Source: Takakia lepidozioides
Lineage: Eukaryota > Plantae > Bryophyta
DNA length: 64,000 nt
Assembly (NCBI GenBank): GCA_030704615.1
Contig: CM060731.1
Location: forward strand, 55,862,001-55,926,000
Reading direction: 5' to 3'
Part shown: positions 63,789 to 64,000 of the stretch, in pieces
Position numbering within the stretch: the stretch's first letter is position 1
How the letters are laid out: the number at the start of each line of letters is the position of its first letter
Program-made: the position numbers and the translations under genes
The notes under the pieces: model-generated
Database searches by the model: none
Seen by the model: the letters and a program-made list of their open reading frames with translations, nothing else
Told to the model about the DNA's origin: nothing

Positions 63789-63845
63789 GCTCATGCTTTT
63801 TTTTTTTCCGCTCATGCTCATGCCGCTCATGAAATAGCAGCCCCC
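63789..63845 (-). repeat. Right TIR of MULE-like copy B
   Basis: The reverse complement GGGGGCTGCTATTTCATGAGC plus CATGAGC repeats matches the terminus at 29566. Confidence 0.7.
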
Positions 63846-64000
63846 ATCATGAGGCCCAGCTCAAACTCCTCATTGGCATCTTTCCAGCACTCATCCCAGT
63901 TATCACTGATCTCTGGAGACATTAATGTGCTTTTCCCATTTATATCCGTCAGTGACACATAAAAAACTTGTGCACCAAGTCTGTATCCATGCACAAAATC

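Noticed and set aside
29566-63845. One 34-kb composite transposon carrying the PHD gene
   Set aside because: No long TSD, the ends are diverged, and the ParB-like gene straddles the left end, implying that copy A ended before ~37090.

Overview
Eukaryotic, transposon-dense land-plant DNA, most likely a non-seed plant (inferred from the TE families and intron style; the species cannot be determined). Only one intact host gene is present: a 3-exon PHD/ePHD (JADE/BRPF-like) gene at 50226-53623. The rest is nested mobile DNA. (1) A young full-length 13.35-kb Ty3/Gypsy non-chromovirus (4803-18153, minus strand, GTGGT TSD, tRNA-Arg-like PBS) has an extra ORF that starts inside its LTR and a probable ~1,320-aa extra ORF after pol. 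It sits inside an older tRNA-iMet-primed element, and there are several rearranged copies. (2) Two diverged copies of an unusual MULE-type transposase (N-terminal module, GCM-like Cys/His domain, DDE, with SWIM retained in copy A) are each linked to kilobases of 22-bp palindromes phased at 53 bp. The palindromes show compensatory changes between the copies, and the second array grades into a fold-back satellite. (3) There are decayed, intron-containing fragments of a ParB-like protein and a prokaryote-type amino-DNA methyltransferase, plus an atypical kinase fragment; these are candidate cargo of large DNA transposons. (4) Also present are a piggyBac 3' end, a long-TIR non-autonomous element, long hairpins, and stray host exons (OSB PDF motif x2, CtpA). 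All protein family calls come from motif recognition by eye, not from database searches.
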